A DNA stretch of 46,525 nt. Origin: Alcaligenaceae bacterium. GTDB lineage: Bacteria; Pseudomonadota; Gammaproteobacteria; Burkholderiales; Burkholderiaceae_B. The DNA lies in contig JAJUIY010000001.1 of NCBI GenBank assembly GCA_029267415.1, positions 1-46,525 on the forward strand. The letters run 5' to 3'. The position numbers and the translations under genes are program-made. Position 1 is the stretch's first letter. Each line of letters begins with the position of its first letter. Below the pieces are notes generated by a model that saw only the letters and a list, made by a program, of their open reading frames with translations, did no database searches and was not told the origin of the DNA. Shown piece after piece: positions 18,675 to 30,100 of this stretch.

Positions 18675-19607
18675 TTACCCTTTCAGAGTTTCCATCGCGG
18701 CCTGCATGGAGGCCGGATCTGTAATCGACAAACTGACTAAATCACGATCGATGCGTCGCGTCAAGCCGCCCAGCACCTTACCTGGGCCACATTCGACCAC
18801 ATGCGTGACACCGTCGGCCTTCATGGCCCGCACCACTTCTACCCATCTTACGGGCTTCCAGGCCTGACGAACCAGCGCGTCTTTGATCTGTTCAGGCTGA
18901 TCGGGACGAGCGACGTCAACGTTATTGATCACCGGAATGCGCGGCTGACGAACTTGCACGTTTGCCAGCGCCTGTTCCAGGACGGCAGCGGCCGGTTGCA
19001 ACAAGGTGGAGTGAAACGGCGCCGACACTGGCAGCACCACTGCACGCCGGGCGCCTTGCTGTCGCGCCAGGTCACACGCGCGTTCAACGGCCCCCACGTG
19101 GCCGGCAATCACGACTTGTGACGGCGCGTTAAAGTTTACGGCCTCGACCACCTCGTCATGGGCGGCTTGCGCACAAACGTCGCGCACGACGTCATCGTCA
19201 AGCCCAAGAATGGCGGCCATCGTGCCCGTACCTACTGGCACGGCATCTTGCATGGCATTGGCGCGGATGCGGACCAGGCGCACTGCCTCGGCCAAGTCCA
19301 ACGAGCCCGCAGCGGTCAGTGCGCTGTATTCACCCAGGCTGTGGCCGGCCACCACGGAAGGCGCAGGACCGCCGGCATCAATCCACGCGTTGTACATGGC
19401 CACAGCGGCTGCCAGCATGACAGGCTGCGTATTGGTGGTCAGCCCCAGCGCATCTGCAGGGCCTTCCGCCATCAAGGCAAGCAGGTTTTGGTCCAGCGAA
19501 TTGCTGGCGGTGGCAATAGTGTCCATGGCAACGGCATTATCCGCCCAGGCATCAAACATGCCCACGGATTGCGAGCCTTGTCCGGGAAATACAAACGCAA
19601 GCTTCAT
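18675..19607 (-). CDS. fabD: Malonyl-CoA-ACP transacylase
   Basis: 310 aa. FPGQGSQ and GHSLGEYSAL motifs. Confidence 0.95.
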   Translation of the reverse strand: MKLAFVFPGQGSQSVGMFDAWADNAVAMDTIATASNSLDQNLLALMAEGPADALGLTTNTQPVMLAAAVAMYNAWIDAGGPAPSVVAGHSLGEYSALTAAGSLDLAEAVRLVRIRANAMQDAVPVGTGTMAAILGLDDDVVRDVCAQAAHDEVVEAVNFNAPSQVVIAGHVGAVERACDLARQQGARRAVVLPVSAPFHSTLLQPAAAVLEQALANVQVRQPRIPVINNVDVARPDQPEQIKDALVRQAWKPVRWVEVVRAMKADGVTHVVECGPGKVLGGLTRRIDRDLVSLSITDPASMQAAMETLKG

Positions 19608-19716
19608 GTTGATCTGACCACGCTGATAATTGAAGTATTAGAACTGGTTGGGGCCTGCTGGCATGGGGCACCGGGGCCGACGCCGCCGACCCCGCCACAC
19701 CAAACGTTGCGCCACC

Positions 19717-20691
19717 CTACATACGCACCAGCACAGATCCCCAGGTAAAACCGCCGCCAACGCCTTGCATCAGCACCAGGTCACCGGGCTGGATCCGGCC
19801 ATCGCGGCGCGCCGTATCGAAGGCAAGCGGCACACTGGCGGCCGAGGTATTGGCATGCTGATCGACCGTCACCACCACACGTGATGGATCAAGGCCCAGC
19901 TTGCGGCCCAGAAAATTGATAATACGTACGTTGGCCTGGTGCGGCACCATCCAGTCGATATCCGACAAGGCCACGCCGGACTCTTGGCAAACTTGTTGCG
20001 CCGAGTTGCTCAGGTGGGTGACAGCAAGCTTGAACACCGCCTGCCCGTCCATGCGCAGAAACGGGTCGCCCACCACTTGGCCATGGGCCACGTTGCCCGC
20101 GGCGTGCAATACCTTCATTTGGCTGCCGTCCGCATTGAGGCGCGCGCCAATAATGCCCGGCGTGTTGCTGGCCTGCAGCACCACAGCACCGGCTCCGTCT
20201 CCAAACAGCACGCAGGTGCTGCGGTCGCTCCAGTCGAGAATACTGGAAAACACCTCGGCGCCAATGACCAGCGCTGTGGTTGCACGGCCAGCCTGAATGT
20301 AGGCATCGGCAGTGGTAAGGGCATAGACAAAGCCACTGCACACCGCCTGGACATCAAAGGCGGCGCCGCCGCTAGCACCCAGGCCGGCCTGTACCAGACA
20401 TGCCGTACTGGGGAAAACATAATCGGGGGTGGATGTGGCGACGATGATGAGGTCGATATCGTCGGGTGCTACGCCGGCGTCGTCAAGTGCGGCCCGGGCG
20501 GCATGGATGGCCAGTTCGCTGGTACGTGTGCCGGGTTCGGCAATATGACGCTGCCGGATACCGGTACGCGTCACAATCCACTCGTCGGAGGTTTCGACCT
20601 GACGGGTAGCCAGGTCGGCGGCCAACGCATCGTTCGATACGACGCGAGGGGGCAAATACCCGCCGGAGCCAATAATTTTTGCGTATGGCAT
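19717..20691 (-). CDS. fabH: 3-oxoacyl-ACP synthase III
   Basis: Homology starts at [14 protein letters not shown] (ATG at 20691, 324 aa). The ORF track starts 4 codons upstream at a GTG. Active-site context AVCSGF. Confidence 0.92.
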   Translation of the reverse strand: MPYAKIIGSGGYLPPRVVSNDALAADLATRQVETSDEWIVTRTGIRQRHIAEPGTRTSELAIHAARAALDDAGVAPDDIDLIIVATSTPDYVFPSTACLVQAGLGASGGAAFDVQAVCSGFVYALTTADAYIQAGRATTALVIGAEVFSSILDWSDRSTCVLFGDGAGAVVLQASNTPGIIGARLNADGSQMKVLHAAGNVAHGQVVGDPFLRMDGQAVFKLAVTHLSNSAQQVCQESGVALSDIDWMVPHQANVRIINFLGRKLGLDPSRVVVTVDQHANTSAASVPLAFDTARRDGRIQPGDLVLMQGVGGGFTWGSVLVRM

Positions 20692-20712
20692 AGTCAATTC
20701 CACTCGATCGTC

Positions 20713-21795
20713 TTACGACACGCTGCCGGGCGAACCCTGCGCCAGCCGCGCCGACTGCTCGGCGGCTTCTTGCAGGCTCTGGCGCAAGTGCTCAATCGTT
20801 TGCGTGGTGCCTTCGAGCAATTTGTTTTGCACCGCATTGCGGGCGCGTTCGAGCGCACAGCCAAACGCATAGACATCGGCCGAGCCGTGGCTTTTTACCA
20901 CAACACCCCGCAAGCCCAGCAGCGCTGCCCCGTTATAACGACGGTTATCGACTTGGTCACGGAAGCGATTCAGCACCGGCCTGGCCAGCAAGCCGGCACC
21001 CAGCGACAACACGTCGCGTTTGAATTCGGCACGCATCATGGTGGCCACCATGCGTGCCAGGCCTTCCAGCGACTTGAGCACCACATTGCCCACAAAACCA
21101 TCGCACACGATCACATCGACCGTGCCCTTGCAGATGTCGTCACCCTCGACGTTGCCGTAGAAGTTAAGGCTGCTGTGACGCAGTAGCTCGGCGGCCTGCT
21201 TGACCACCTCGTTGCCCTTGATGACTTCTTCGCCAATATTGAGCAGCCCAACTGTGGGACGCTCGCCAGCACCCAAGGCCGTGGCCAAGGCCGTACCCAT
21301 GATGGCAAACTGCAGCAAGTGCTCGGCGCTGCAGTCCACATTGGCGCCCAAATCGAGCATGAGGGTGGCGCCGCCCTTCTGGTTGGGGATCGACGTTGCA
21401 ATGGCCGGGCGATCAATACCATCGAGCGTTTTCAGCACATAACGGCTGATGGCCATTAATGCTCCGGTGTTGCCGGCCGAGATACAGGCGTCCGCCCGAC
21501 CGTCTTTGACGGCCTGGGCGGCCACACGCATGGACGAGTCTTTCTTGCGGCGCAGGGCAACCTCGACGGGGTCGTCCATAGCCACCACTTGCGACGCCGG
21601 CAGTATCTCGTACCAACCCTGCCCCCAAGCCCCCGCTTCACGCAGGGCCGCCTCTATTGCCGCGGGATCACCCGCAAGCAACATACGCGTGTCAGGGTGT
21701 TTACGTGCAAACTGGCAGGCAGCCGGAAGGGTGACGGACAAGCCGACATCACCGCCCATGCAATCGATGGCGATGCGTAATTCAGGTTCAGACAT
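20713..21795 (-). CDS. plsX: Phosphate acyltransferase PlsX
   Basis: 360 aa. PlsX N-terminus ([10 protein letters not shown]) and the conserved rpmF-plsX-fabH order. Confidence 0.95.
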   Translation of the reverse strand: MSEPELRIAIDCMGGDVGLSVTLPAACQFARKHPDTRMLLAGDPAAIEAALREAGAWGQGWYEILPASQVVAMDDPVEVALRRKKDSSMRVAAQAVKDGRADACISAGNTGALMAISRYVLKTLDGIDRPAIATSIPNQKGGATLMLDLGANVDCSAEHLLQFAIMGTALATALGAGERPTVGLLNIGEEVIKGNEVVKQAAELLRHSSLNFYGNVEGDDICKGTVDVIVCDGFVGNVVLKSLEGLARMVATMMRAEFKRDVLSLGAGLLARPVLNRFRDQVDNRRYNGAALLGLRGVVVKSHGSADVYAFGCALERARNAVQNKLLEGTTQTIEHLRQSLQEAAEQSARLAQGSPGSVS

Positions 21796-21833
21796 CAGAT
21801 TTGCAATCGGAATACGATCGCATCCATGACGGG

Positions 21834-22016
21834 TTAGTCGTCGCTCTGTGTCTTGAGAACTTTGCGACCACGGTAAAAGCCGTTGGGGCTGATGTGGTGG
21901 CGCAGGTGCAATTCGCCGGTGGTGGGCTCAATCGCGGTGGGCGGGTTGGTGAGGAAGTCGTGCGAACGGCGCATATTGCGTCGCGACGGACTCTTTTTAT
22001 TTTGCTGAACAGCCAT
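21834..22016 (-). CDS. rpmF: 50S ribosomal protein L32
   Basis: 60 aa, [20 protein letters not shown]... Confidence 0.95.
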   Translation of the reverse strand: MAVQQNKKSPSRRNMRRSHDFLTNPPTAIEPTTGELHLRHHISPNGFYRGRKVLKTQSDD

Positions 22017-22078
22017 GATGACTCCTATAGACGGGATGCCAAGTGTAAACCGGGGCCCCGCAAGTTAAGCGTAATAAA

Positions 22079-22585
22079 TCAATCTTTCTTGAGCTGACGC
22101 AATACTGCGAACGGTGAAGGCTCAACAGCTTTGTCGTCTTCGTGCGACGGCGCCTGCACAGCACATTGCTGGTGCATGGGCACATACGGCAAACCAAGAA
22201 TAAGCTCGTCTTCAACCAGCGCCAGCACATCCAGGTGCTTTGACGCCAGCACGGGCTCGATCCATTCATCGGGCGAAGCGTCCGGGTCGTCTTCGACGTC
22301 CAGTTCGGCTTCAGTTTGTACCACCAGCAAGCGACTGCGAAGCTGGAGCGGATAAGGCATGGTGGCCATGCAACGCTGGCACTGCACCAGCGGAACGGCC
22401 ATGACCTGAAGGTCAAGAAACTGCTGCCCCACCGTATCGCAACTACCGGCAAGCTCCCATTGAGCTTCCGCATCTTGCGGTGGCAAGCCAGCCGCAAAAC
22501 GCGTAAATTGCGCAAGCTTGGCCCGCCCCTGTAGCTGCAGGCCTGCACGGGTAAATTCGTACGTGTCAACCGTTTGTTTTTCCAC
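22079..22585 (-). CDS. yceD: YceD/DUF177 family protein (large-subunit rRNA accumulation protein)
   Basis: 168-aa acidic ORF immediately upstream of rpmF, the conserved yceD-rpmF pair. Confidence 0.85.
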   Translation of the reverse strand: MEKQTVDTYEFTRAGLQLQGRAKLAQFTRFAAGLPPQDAEAQWELAGSCDTVGQQFLDLQVMAVPLVQCQRCMATMPYPLQLRSRLLVVQTEAELDVEDDPDASPDEWIEPVLASKHLDVLALVEDELILGLPYVPMHQQCAVQAPSHEDDKAVEPSPFAVLRQLKKD

Positions 22586-22716
22586 GTAACCCCCTAAAGC
22601 CCTACAGTAACGTTACAGCGCAACCCGCAACGCGTGTGTTCGCTGGCAAAGAAAACATTAGAATATAGCGCAGTACGCCGTTTTCAGTCAAACAATTTCC
22701 GCACCCATCGCCTGCC

Positions 22717-23310
22717 ATGCCATTGATTCTTGCTTCGAGCTCGCCGTATCGCAAAAGCCTGCTGCAACGCCTGGGCATCCCCTTTCAGGCATACTCGCCC
22801 GATGTTGACGAAACGCCACGCCCTGGAGAAACCCCGGTCGATTTGGCGTTGCGCCTGTCGGCGGCGAAGGCCCATGCCATTGCCAATCACCACCCCGGCA
22901 AGCTGGTGATTGGGTCAGACCAGGTAGCTACCGTTAACGGCACCCCCATTGGCAAAGCGGGATCGTTTGAGCGGGCCCGGCAACAACTACAATCACTAAG
23001 CGGCCAAACTGTGGAGTTCCACAGTGCCCTTTGTGTCACAGACGGCCAGCGTGACGAGATGGCCGATGTGGTTACCCTGTGCCGCTTTCGTACTTTGTCT
23101 GCCACGGAAATCGACAACTACCTTAAAGCCGACACCCCCTATGATACGGCCGGCAGCGCCAAAGCAGAAAGCCTGGGCATTGCCCTGATGGACAGCATTC
23201 GCTCCGACGACCCGACGGCGATTATCGGCTTGCCCCTGATTGCCCTGTCTCGCATGCTGCGCAACTTTGGCCTGAACCCCCTGGACCATGCCGGTCTACA
23301 CACCGCCTAG
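22717..23310 (+). CDS. maf: Maf-family nucleoside triphosphate pyrophosphatase (YceF-like)
   Basis: 197 aa. Maf N-terminus LILASSSPYRKSLLQRLGIPF, divergent from yceD as in other proteobacteria. Confidence 0.9.
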   Translation: MPLILASSSPYRKSLLQRLGIPFQAYSPDVDETPRPGETPVDLALRLSAAKAHAIANHHPGKLVIGSDQVATVNGTPIGKAGSFERARQQLQSLSGQTVEFHSALCVTDGQRDEMADVVTLCRFRTLSATEIDNYLKADTPYDTAGSAKAESLGIALMDSIRSDDPTAIIGLPLIALSRMLRNFGLNPLDHAGLHTA

Positions 23311-23397
23311 GCCCACACAACTTATAAAACCGAACAGTCAACACTGTTCCGGATCGATCCGAATGCAACATCGCCTCACCGCCATAAGGACCCGACA

Positions 23398-24117
23398 TTG
23401 ACCGCCCAACCCGGACGCTTGCACTTGATTCCCACCAGCCTGGGCCCGGCCGAGCCCGCACACTGGCTGCCCCCCGCCGTGCAAAACGTGGCTGCCAGCC
23501 TGGACGTTTATATCGCCGAAAACGCCAAAACGGCACGCGCGTTTCTGAAGCTCATCGGTACTCGTCATGCACTGCAAGACGTCACCATCCATACATTGGG
23601 ACGCAAGGTGTCAGCGGGCCAAATCCGCGACTGGCTTCAGCCCCTTTCGGAGGGACGCGATATTGGGCTGGTGTCCGAAGCCGGTTGTCCGGCCGTGGCT
23701 GACCCGGGGTCACTGGTAGTGCGGGCAGCGCACCAGGCCGGGTTCGAGGTAGTGCCTCATGTAGGGCCATCGTCCATCTTGCTGGGCCTGATGGCGAGCG
23801 GGTTGGACGGCCAGCGCTTCGCCTTTCATGGCTACGCTCCCGTTGAACCTGCAGCGCGGGCACGACAGCTGAAATCCTGGGAAGCTGTCTCACGCAAACA
23901 ACAGCAGACACAAATTCTGATCGAAACGCCCTACCGCAACGACGCCATGTTTGACACCATGCTGCAGGCCTTGCACGGCGATACGTATTTGTGCATTGCC
24001 CGGTCACTGACCACGCCCGACCAATGGATTAAAACCCGACGCATCGCCGACTGGAAGTCCGCCCCGCGCCCTACCTTGACGAAGCTGCCCACCCTTTTTC
24101 TGTTTATGGCCGGATAA
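23398..24117 (+). CDS. SAM-dependent methyltransferase, tetrapyrrole-methylase (RsmI-like) superfamily
   Basis: 239 aa. TTG start preceded by AAGGA. TP-methylase-like pattern (LHLIPTSLG..., GLVSEAGCPAVADPG, ETPYR). Confidence 0.75.
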   Translation: MTAQPGRLHLIPTSLGPAEPAHWLPPAVQNVAASLDVYIAENAKTARAFLKLIGTRHALQDVTIHTLGRKVSAGQIRDWLQPLSEGRDIGLVSEAGCPAVADPGSLVVRAAHQAGFEVVPHVGPSSILLGLMASGLDGQRFAFHGYAPVEPAARARQLKSWEAVSRKQQQTQILIETPYRNDAMFDTMLQALHGDTYLCIARSLTTPDQWIKTRRIADWKSAPRPTLTKLPTLFLFMAG

Positions 24118-24120
24118 ACC

Positions 24121-24945
24121 ATGCTTTCATTTCGCGCCACTGTGCTTCACCTGATGCGCCGCCAATGGCGCTGGCACGTCCCCTTGGCTGTCGCCACCCT
24201 GATGTTTCTGGCCGCCTGCGCCGGGCCGGGCCCCAAAGAATTGTTGATCGACCGCAGCATCAACGCCAAAAGCCAGGACAGCCGTGTCGAAATGGTAGTG
24301 CTGCACTACACGGCCACCACCAATGAGGCCTCGCTGAAAATCCTGTCGGAGCAAAATGTCAGCAGTCACTACCTGATCACCGATGCACCGCGCCCCGTCG
24401 TTTACCAGTTGGTGGATGAAAACCGCCGCGCGTGGCACGCGGGTGCCAGCCAATGGTATGGGCGCACCGACATCAATGCCGCCTCGATCGGAATTGAAAT
24501 TGTGAACCCCGGTGGCAACGGCACATCGTGGTCGCCGTACACAGATGCACAAATCGACACCGTCATTACCTTGCTGCACGACATTGTTGGCCGCCACCAG
24601 ATAAAACCGCACAACATTGTGGGGCACAGCGACATCGCCCCGCAGCGTAAAGTGGATCCGGGGCCGCTATTCCCCTGGAAACGGCTGGCCGACGCTGGCT
24701 TGGGGCGCTGGTACAGCGAAGCCCTGAAGCAGAAATACGAGCAAGAGTTTCTGCAAAACGGCCTGCCGGATATTGCCTGGGTGCAGTCCGAGCTGATCCG
24801 CGCCGGCTATGCAGTGGAAACCCATGGCATATTGGACAAAGCCACCCGCAATGTGGTGGCGGCTTTTCAGATGCACTACCGCCCCGCCCGCTACGATGGC
24901 ATCCCGGATGCCGAAACCATGGCGATTTTAAAAGCGTTGCATTGA
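24121..24945 (+). CDS. amiD: N-acetylmuramoyl-L-alanine amidase lipoprotein (Amidase_2/AmiD-like) with a C-terminal peptidoglycan-binding domain
   Basis: 274 aa. Lipobox FLAACAG, Amidase_2 pattern (VVLHYTAT..., AWHAG..., GHSDIAP.RKVDPGP) and a PG_binding_1-like C-terminus. Confidence 0.85.
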   Translation: MLSFRATVLHLMRRQWRWHVPLAVATLMFLAACAGPGPKELLIDRSINAKSQDSRVEMVVLHYTATTNEASLKILSEQNVSSHYLITDAPRPVVYQLVDENRRAWHAGASQWYGRTDINAASIGIEIVNPGGNGTSWSPYTDAQIDTVITLLHDIVGRHQIKPHNIVGHSDIAPQRKVDPGPLFPWKRLADAGLGRWYSEALKQKYEQEFLQNGLPDIAWVQSELIRAGYAVETHGILDKATRNVVAAFQMHYRPARYDGIPDAETMAILKALH

Positions 24946-25018
24946 CAGGATTCTAACGGCACTGCGCTAACGCGACTCTGAACGCGCTGCATGAACAATT
25001 TGGGTGAAAACCACCGTA

Positions 25019-25690
25019 TCAAGCGGCTACCGCGGGCGCCAGCCGGGGTGCCAGCCACGCACGCATTTCGGTAACGCTGGACACCAGCACTGTGGGCTCC
25101 GCACTTTCCAGCGTGGGAACATCGTGCGCGCCATACGTAACCGCCATGCTGTCGACGCCGGCACGGGTTGCCATGGTGACATCATGGGTGGTGTCACCCA
25201 CCATCAACACATTTTCTGGGTCCACCTGAAGCTCGTCAAAGAGTTCGTACAGCATGGTTGGGTCGGGCTTGCTGGCCGTTTCGTCGGCGCATCGCGTGGC
25301 GTGGAAGACGTCATGCAGCTGCACTCGGCCTAATACGCGATCGAGCCCGGCGCGGCTTTTTCCTGTGGCCACCGCCAGCATGCCGTCGTGACCACGCACC
25401 AGCTGAAACACATCCATGATGCCGTCGAACAATTTGATCTGCCCGTCCAGCTGCAAGAAGTGATGGCGATAACGCTCGATAAAGTCGTCGAGCTGATCCG
25501 CGGTCAGATCAGGCACGCACCGATAAAGCGCGCTTTCCAGTGAAAGCCCGATCACCCACGACGCAGTGCGGGCATCGGGCACCGGCAAACTGAGATCAAC
25601 ACAGGCGGACTGAATTGCCGTGACAATGGAATGCGTGGAATCCATGACGGTGCCATCCCAGTCAAACACAACGGCAGAATACTTCCTCAC
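25019..25690 (-). CDS. HAD-superfamily hydrolase (phosphoglycolate-phosphatase-like)
   Basis: 223 aa. HAD motif I VVFDWDGTVMDS and motif IV MVGDTTHDV. Overlaps the rluC stop by 4 nt. Confidence 0.85.
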   Translation of the reverse strand: MRKYSAVVFDWDGTVMDSTHSIVTAIQSACVDLSLPVPDARTASWVIGLSLESALYRCVPDLTADQLDDFIERYRHHFLQLDGQIKLFDGIMDVFQLVRGHDGMLAVATGKSRAGLDRVLGRVQLHDVFHATRCADETASKPDPTMLYELFDELQVDPENVLMVGDTTHDVTMATRAGVDSMAVTYGAHDVPTLESAEPTVLVSSVTEMRAWLAPRLAPAVAA

Positions 25691-26613
25691 CTTCGATTCT
25701 CCAATTCAGCGATTAATGCAGTAAATAAGTCGGGCAACGCGGCATCCAGCACCAGCGGCTCACCCGACAGCGGGTGCTGCAATTCAAGGCGGGTAGCGTG
25801 CAAGAACATGCGCTTAAACCCGCGTTGGGCAAATTGCTCGCGTACCGCATCCGGCCCGTATTTGTCGTCACCAATAATGGGGAAGCCGGCGGCGGTAAGA
25901 TGCACCCGAATCTGATGCGTACGCCCGGTCAAGAGCTCGGCCTGCACCCAACTGTACTGACCAAATCGCTTTTTAAGCGTGATGATGGTGTGCGCCCGCT
26001 TGCCCAACGGGTCAACCTTGACGCGCCGTTCACCGTGGGGGGTTACCCATTTCAGCAGCGGTTGTCGGAAATGCTGGCGATCGTTTACCCAATCGCCCAC
26101 GACCAGGGCCTCGTAAAAGCGGCGCACCCGGGCTTCGCGCAAAATATCGTGCAGTGCCACCAACGCACTGCGCCGCTTGGCAATCATGAGTACACCCGAG
26201 GTTTCGCGGTCAAGGCGGTGCGCCAGTTCCAAAAATGGTTCGTTGGGCCGCGCCGCACGCACTTGTTCAATTACACCAAACGACACCCCGCTGCCGCCAT
26301 GCACCGCCACGCCAGCAGGTTTGTTCACCACCAGCAAGGCCGCATCTTCGTAAATGACGGGGAACTGCGCGGGCGGCGCCACCGCCGCCTGCCCAGGCTG
26401 TGGAAGACGCATGGGCGGCACCCGCACCACGTCGCCCGCACACAGCCTATAAGTGACAGCTGCCCGGCCCCGATTGACCCGCACCTGGCCACTGCGAATA
26501 GCCTTGTAAACGTGACTTTTCGGTACGCCCTTACAAACCCTCAACAGGAAGTTATCCAGGCGCTGCCCGGCCTGCTCGGGACTGATTTCAACAAGGCGAA
26601 CCGTTGGTGTCAT
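25687..26613 (-). CDS. rluC: 23S rRNA pseudouridine synthase, RluA/RluC family
   Basis: 308 aa. S4 domain followed by the catalytic HRLDRETSGVL motif. Divergent from rne, as rluC is in E. coli. Confidence 0.9.
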   Translation of the reverse strand: MTPTVRLVEISPEQAGQRLDNFLLRVCKGVPKSHVYKAIRSGQVRVNRGRAAVTYRLCAGDVVRVPPMRLPQPGQAAVAPPAQFPVIYEDAALLVVNKPAGVAVHGGSGVSFGVIEQVRAARPNEPFLELAHRLDRETSGVLMIAKRRSALVALHDILREARVRRFYEALVVGDWVNDRQHFRQPLLKWVTPHGERRVKVDPLGKRAHTIITLKKRFGQYSWVQAELLTGRTHQIRVHLTAAGFPIIGDDKYGPDAVREQFAQRGFKRMFLHATRLELQHPLSGEPLVLDAALPDLFTALIAELENRR

Positions 26614-27155
26614 CTGTTTACCATAATTTATTTACGAACAAGGGAAAACCAGCATATAATCGCGATAGCCGATGGAAGCTGACCCGGCCTGACGTAGAGA
26701 TACAATGGTGTGTCTCCGTCGGGCAAATTTTATTCTTATTGTACTTGTCAGGGTTTCAGCTTCCGGGTCATTTGGTCGCCGGTGCAGCCCGGAGCTCCGT
26801 AGAAAGTGGTGTGGCGAATAGCCCGCTTTATGCCCAGCCCTCTGTTAACCGCGTGCGACGCTGAATCAATTTGCAAGTTTGAAAGTTTTTAACGCACCAG
26901 GCGCGCCAATGCAAAGAAACGACGCACGCCTGCTGTTCCAGCAATAAAATTTGTCAACCACTACCGTGAACCTGACCAACCTGCTGACTGGACCAAGTAC
27001 CTCGTTATCCCGGTACCCCGTGCCTTCCCAAACCCGGGAGGGAACGGCCTGACGACGTCAGCCTTGCCCTCTCGTGCAGATTTAGCGCCACACACCGAGT
27101 GACCCGCGGTCGCGCGCCGATTATCGGTGCGCTATGACTACGGAGAAATACACTC
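26614..27155 (+). promoter_or_regulatory. rluC-rne divergent control region and long rne 5' leader
   Basis: A 542-bp non-coding gap, more AT-rich than its flanks. Candidate sigma-70 promoter TTTACG-N18-TATAAT at 26631-26660. A 9-bp hairpin GCGCGCCGA-tta-TCGGTGCGC (27112-27132) sits just upstream of the GGAG SD (27142-27145) and the ATG at 27156. Confidence 0.5.
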
Positions 27156-30100
27156 ATGAAACGGATGCTGTTCAATGCAACGCATCAAGAAGAATTACGC
27201 GTTGCAATTGTTGACGGTCAAAAATTAATTGATCTTGATATTGAAACTGCCGGTCGTGAACAACGAAAAGGCAACATCTACAAAGGCGTTATCACCCGGA
27301 TCGAGCCGGGTCTCGAAGCCTGCTTTGTAAGCTACGGCGAAGAGCGACACGGTTTTCTGCCGTTCAAGGAAGTATCGCGCAGCTATTTTAAAGAAGGCGT
27401 CGACGTACGTTCGGCCCGTATTCAAGACGCCCTCACCGAAGGCCAGGAACTCATCATCCAGGTCGAAAAAGAAGAGCGTGGCAACAAGGGCGCGGCCCTT
27501 ACCACCTTTATCTCATTGGCCGGTCGCTATCTGGTTCTGATGCCCAACAATCCGCGTGGCGGCGGCGTCTCGCGCCGGGTTGAGGGCGAAGATCGCCAAG
27601 AGCTGCGCGAAACCATGGAGCAGCTCGACATTCCCCAGGGCATGAGCATTATTGCCCGCACCGCCGGCATCGGCCGTACGGTCGAAGAGCTCCAGTGGGA
27701 CTTGTCCTACCTGCTTCAACTCTGGAACGCCATCGACGCGGCCGCCCGTGACAATCCGGCCCCCGTCCTCATTTACCTCGAATCCAGTCTCGTCATCCGC
27801 GCCATACGCGATTACTTCTCCCCGGAAATCGGCGAGATCCTGATCGACACCGACGATATCTACGAGCAGGCCAGCGCCTTCATGAGCGTGGTCATGCCCG
27901 ACAACGTCCAGCGCGTCAAACGCTACCGCGACGACATCCCGCTGTTCTCGCGTTTCCAGATCGAACACCAGATCGAAACCGCCTACTCACGCAATGTGCA
28001 GCTGCCATCGGGCGGATCGGTGGTTATTGACCACACCGAAGCCCTGGTGGCTATCGACGTCAACTCGGCGCGTTCCACACGCGGTGCCGACATCGAAGAA
28101 ACCGCCTTGCGCACCAACCTGGAAGCGGCCGACGAAGTGGCCCGCCAGCTGCGGCTGCGCGACCTGGGTGGTCTGATCGTGATCGATTTCATCGACATGG
28201 AAGACAACAAGAACCAGCGCGTGGTCGAACAACGTCTGCGTGACGCCCTGCGGCTAGATCGTGCCCGAGTGCAAATGGGCAAAATTTCCCGCTTTGGGCT
28301 GATGGAGCTTTCGCGTCAGCGCCTGCGCCCTGCCCTGAACGAAGGTTCCCACATCACGTGCCCGCGCTGCACCGGTACCGGTGTCATTCGCGATGTCGAA
28401 TCCAGCGCCCTGCATGTTCTGCGCCTGCTGCAAGAAGAGGCTATGAAAGAAGGCACCGCGGCCCTGCACGCACAGGTTCCGGTGGATGTCGCCACCTTCC
28501 TGCTCAACGAAAAACGTGCCGACATCAGCAAGATCGAATCGCGCCTGAAAGTCACCATGGTCCTGATTCCCAACAAGAATCTTGAGACCCCGCATCACAA
28601 CATCGAGCGTCTGCGTCACGACGACCCCCGCCTCGACGACGACAAAACCAGTGTCGACCTTTCGCACGAGCAAGACGAGGACGTCACAAGCTGGACGCCT
28701 CGCCGCGCACAAGATGCCAAAGAACGCCCCGAGGCGCTGGTCAAACGCATCACGCCGGCACAACCGGCCCCCAGCAGTAACGGGCTGGCGACAGCGGGGC
28801 CGCAGGCCGCACCCTCCGACGAGCCCGGCCTGGTCAAGCGCCTGATCGCCTGGCTCACCGGCGCCGCCACGGCCACGCCCGAGTCCGAGCCTGCGCCAGA
28901 GCCGGCGCGCAAACCGCGCTCGGCATCAAACCGCCACCGCTCATCACGCTCTGGCGAGCCACGTTCCGATCGCCAGCGCTCACGCAGGCCCGAACGTCGT
29001 AGCGACAATGCCGATGGCGCCCCCACTCAGCAGACGCGCTCAACGCGCTCACGCCGCCAGGCTGACCCAGAAACGGCAACGGCATCCACCAACAGTGGCA
29101 ACCGCAGCGCCGCCGAGGCCGCTACCAGCCAACGTGATAGCAGCACGCAAGAGTCCTCCACACGCACCGGCCGCAGCCGTCGTAGCCGCGGACGCCAGCG
29201 TAACGATGGCAACCGTCAGGCGCGCACGCAGCAACAGGTAAGTGACAATATGCAAACCTCGGTCGCCAGCACCGACACCGCCGCGGCGGCAGCCGCCGGT
29301 GCCGCAGATGCAGCCGCTCAGAACGCCGTTCCCACGCCTGTAAGCCAACCGCAAACGACGCAGCCGGAAGCCAACGGCACGGCTGCCGCAAGCGTTGATC
29401 ATGGTGACGCCAACGTCAGCCAGCAGACCGCCGGCAAGCCTGAGGACGACAGCGTGCAGCCCGAACGCGGCAATCGCCGCCGCCGTCGCCGCCCACGTCG
29501 CGGACGTCGTTCCGACAACGCGGAAACTACCGTAAACGCCGCCACCGCCACGCAGGCGGACACGGTCGATACGGCAAGCACTGAAAGCGGGGCGACACCT
29601 GCACCTGCCACCCCAGGCGAGACAACCCAAGCAGTCGCCAACGTGGAAACACCACGCCAGGACGCCGAACGTTCGGAAGCCGTCGCGCAAGCGCAACAAG
29701 TCGAAACAGCGGCCAGGGCGGACGCGGTTACCACAGAGCCTCAAGCTCCGGAAGCGGACGCTGCCGAGCCGGTGAAAGCGACTGAAACCGTTGAGGCCAC
29801 AGAGGCCGCGCAGCCGGTGGAAACGGCGCAAGCCGTGAAGACTGCACAGCTTGTAGAGACTGCGCAAGCTTTGGAAAAGGCACAATCTGTTGTGACTGCG
29901 CAAGCTGTGGAAACGGTACAAACGGTGGAAACTACGCAATCGGCGGAAACTTCGGAAGCCGACAAGACCGTAGTAGCAGGCGAACCCGTTGAGTCAGCTG
30001 ACGCTACGACAGGTGCCGAAGCAACAGAAACAGCGGAAGCGCCTGAAGCAACAGAAACAGCGGAAGCGCCAGAAGCAGCAGAAGCAGCGCCTGAAGCAGC

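Noticed and set aside
19640-19690. A GGCATGGGGCACCGGGGCC stretch in the fabH-fabD spacer that vaguely resembles the GGCATGGCACGGCCCC end of the 80-bp repeat.
   Set aside because: The similarity needs several indels and covers under 20 nt. That is insufficient to call it a third copy of the element.
22607-22616. A perfect 10-bp palindrome GTAACGTTAC in the yceD/maf divergent promoter region, a possible fatty-acid-regulon operator.
   Set aside because: About 45 perfect 10-bp palindromes are expected by chance in a window of this size (46525 / 4^5). The flanks do not extend the symmetry, and I cannot match it to a known FabR/FadR-type consensus.
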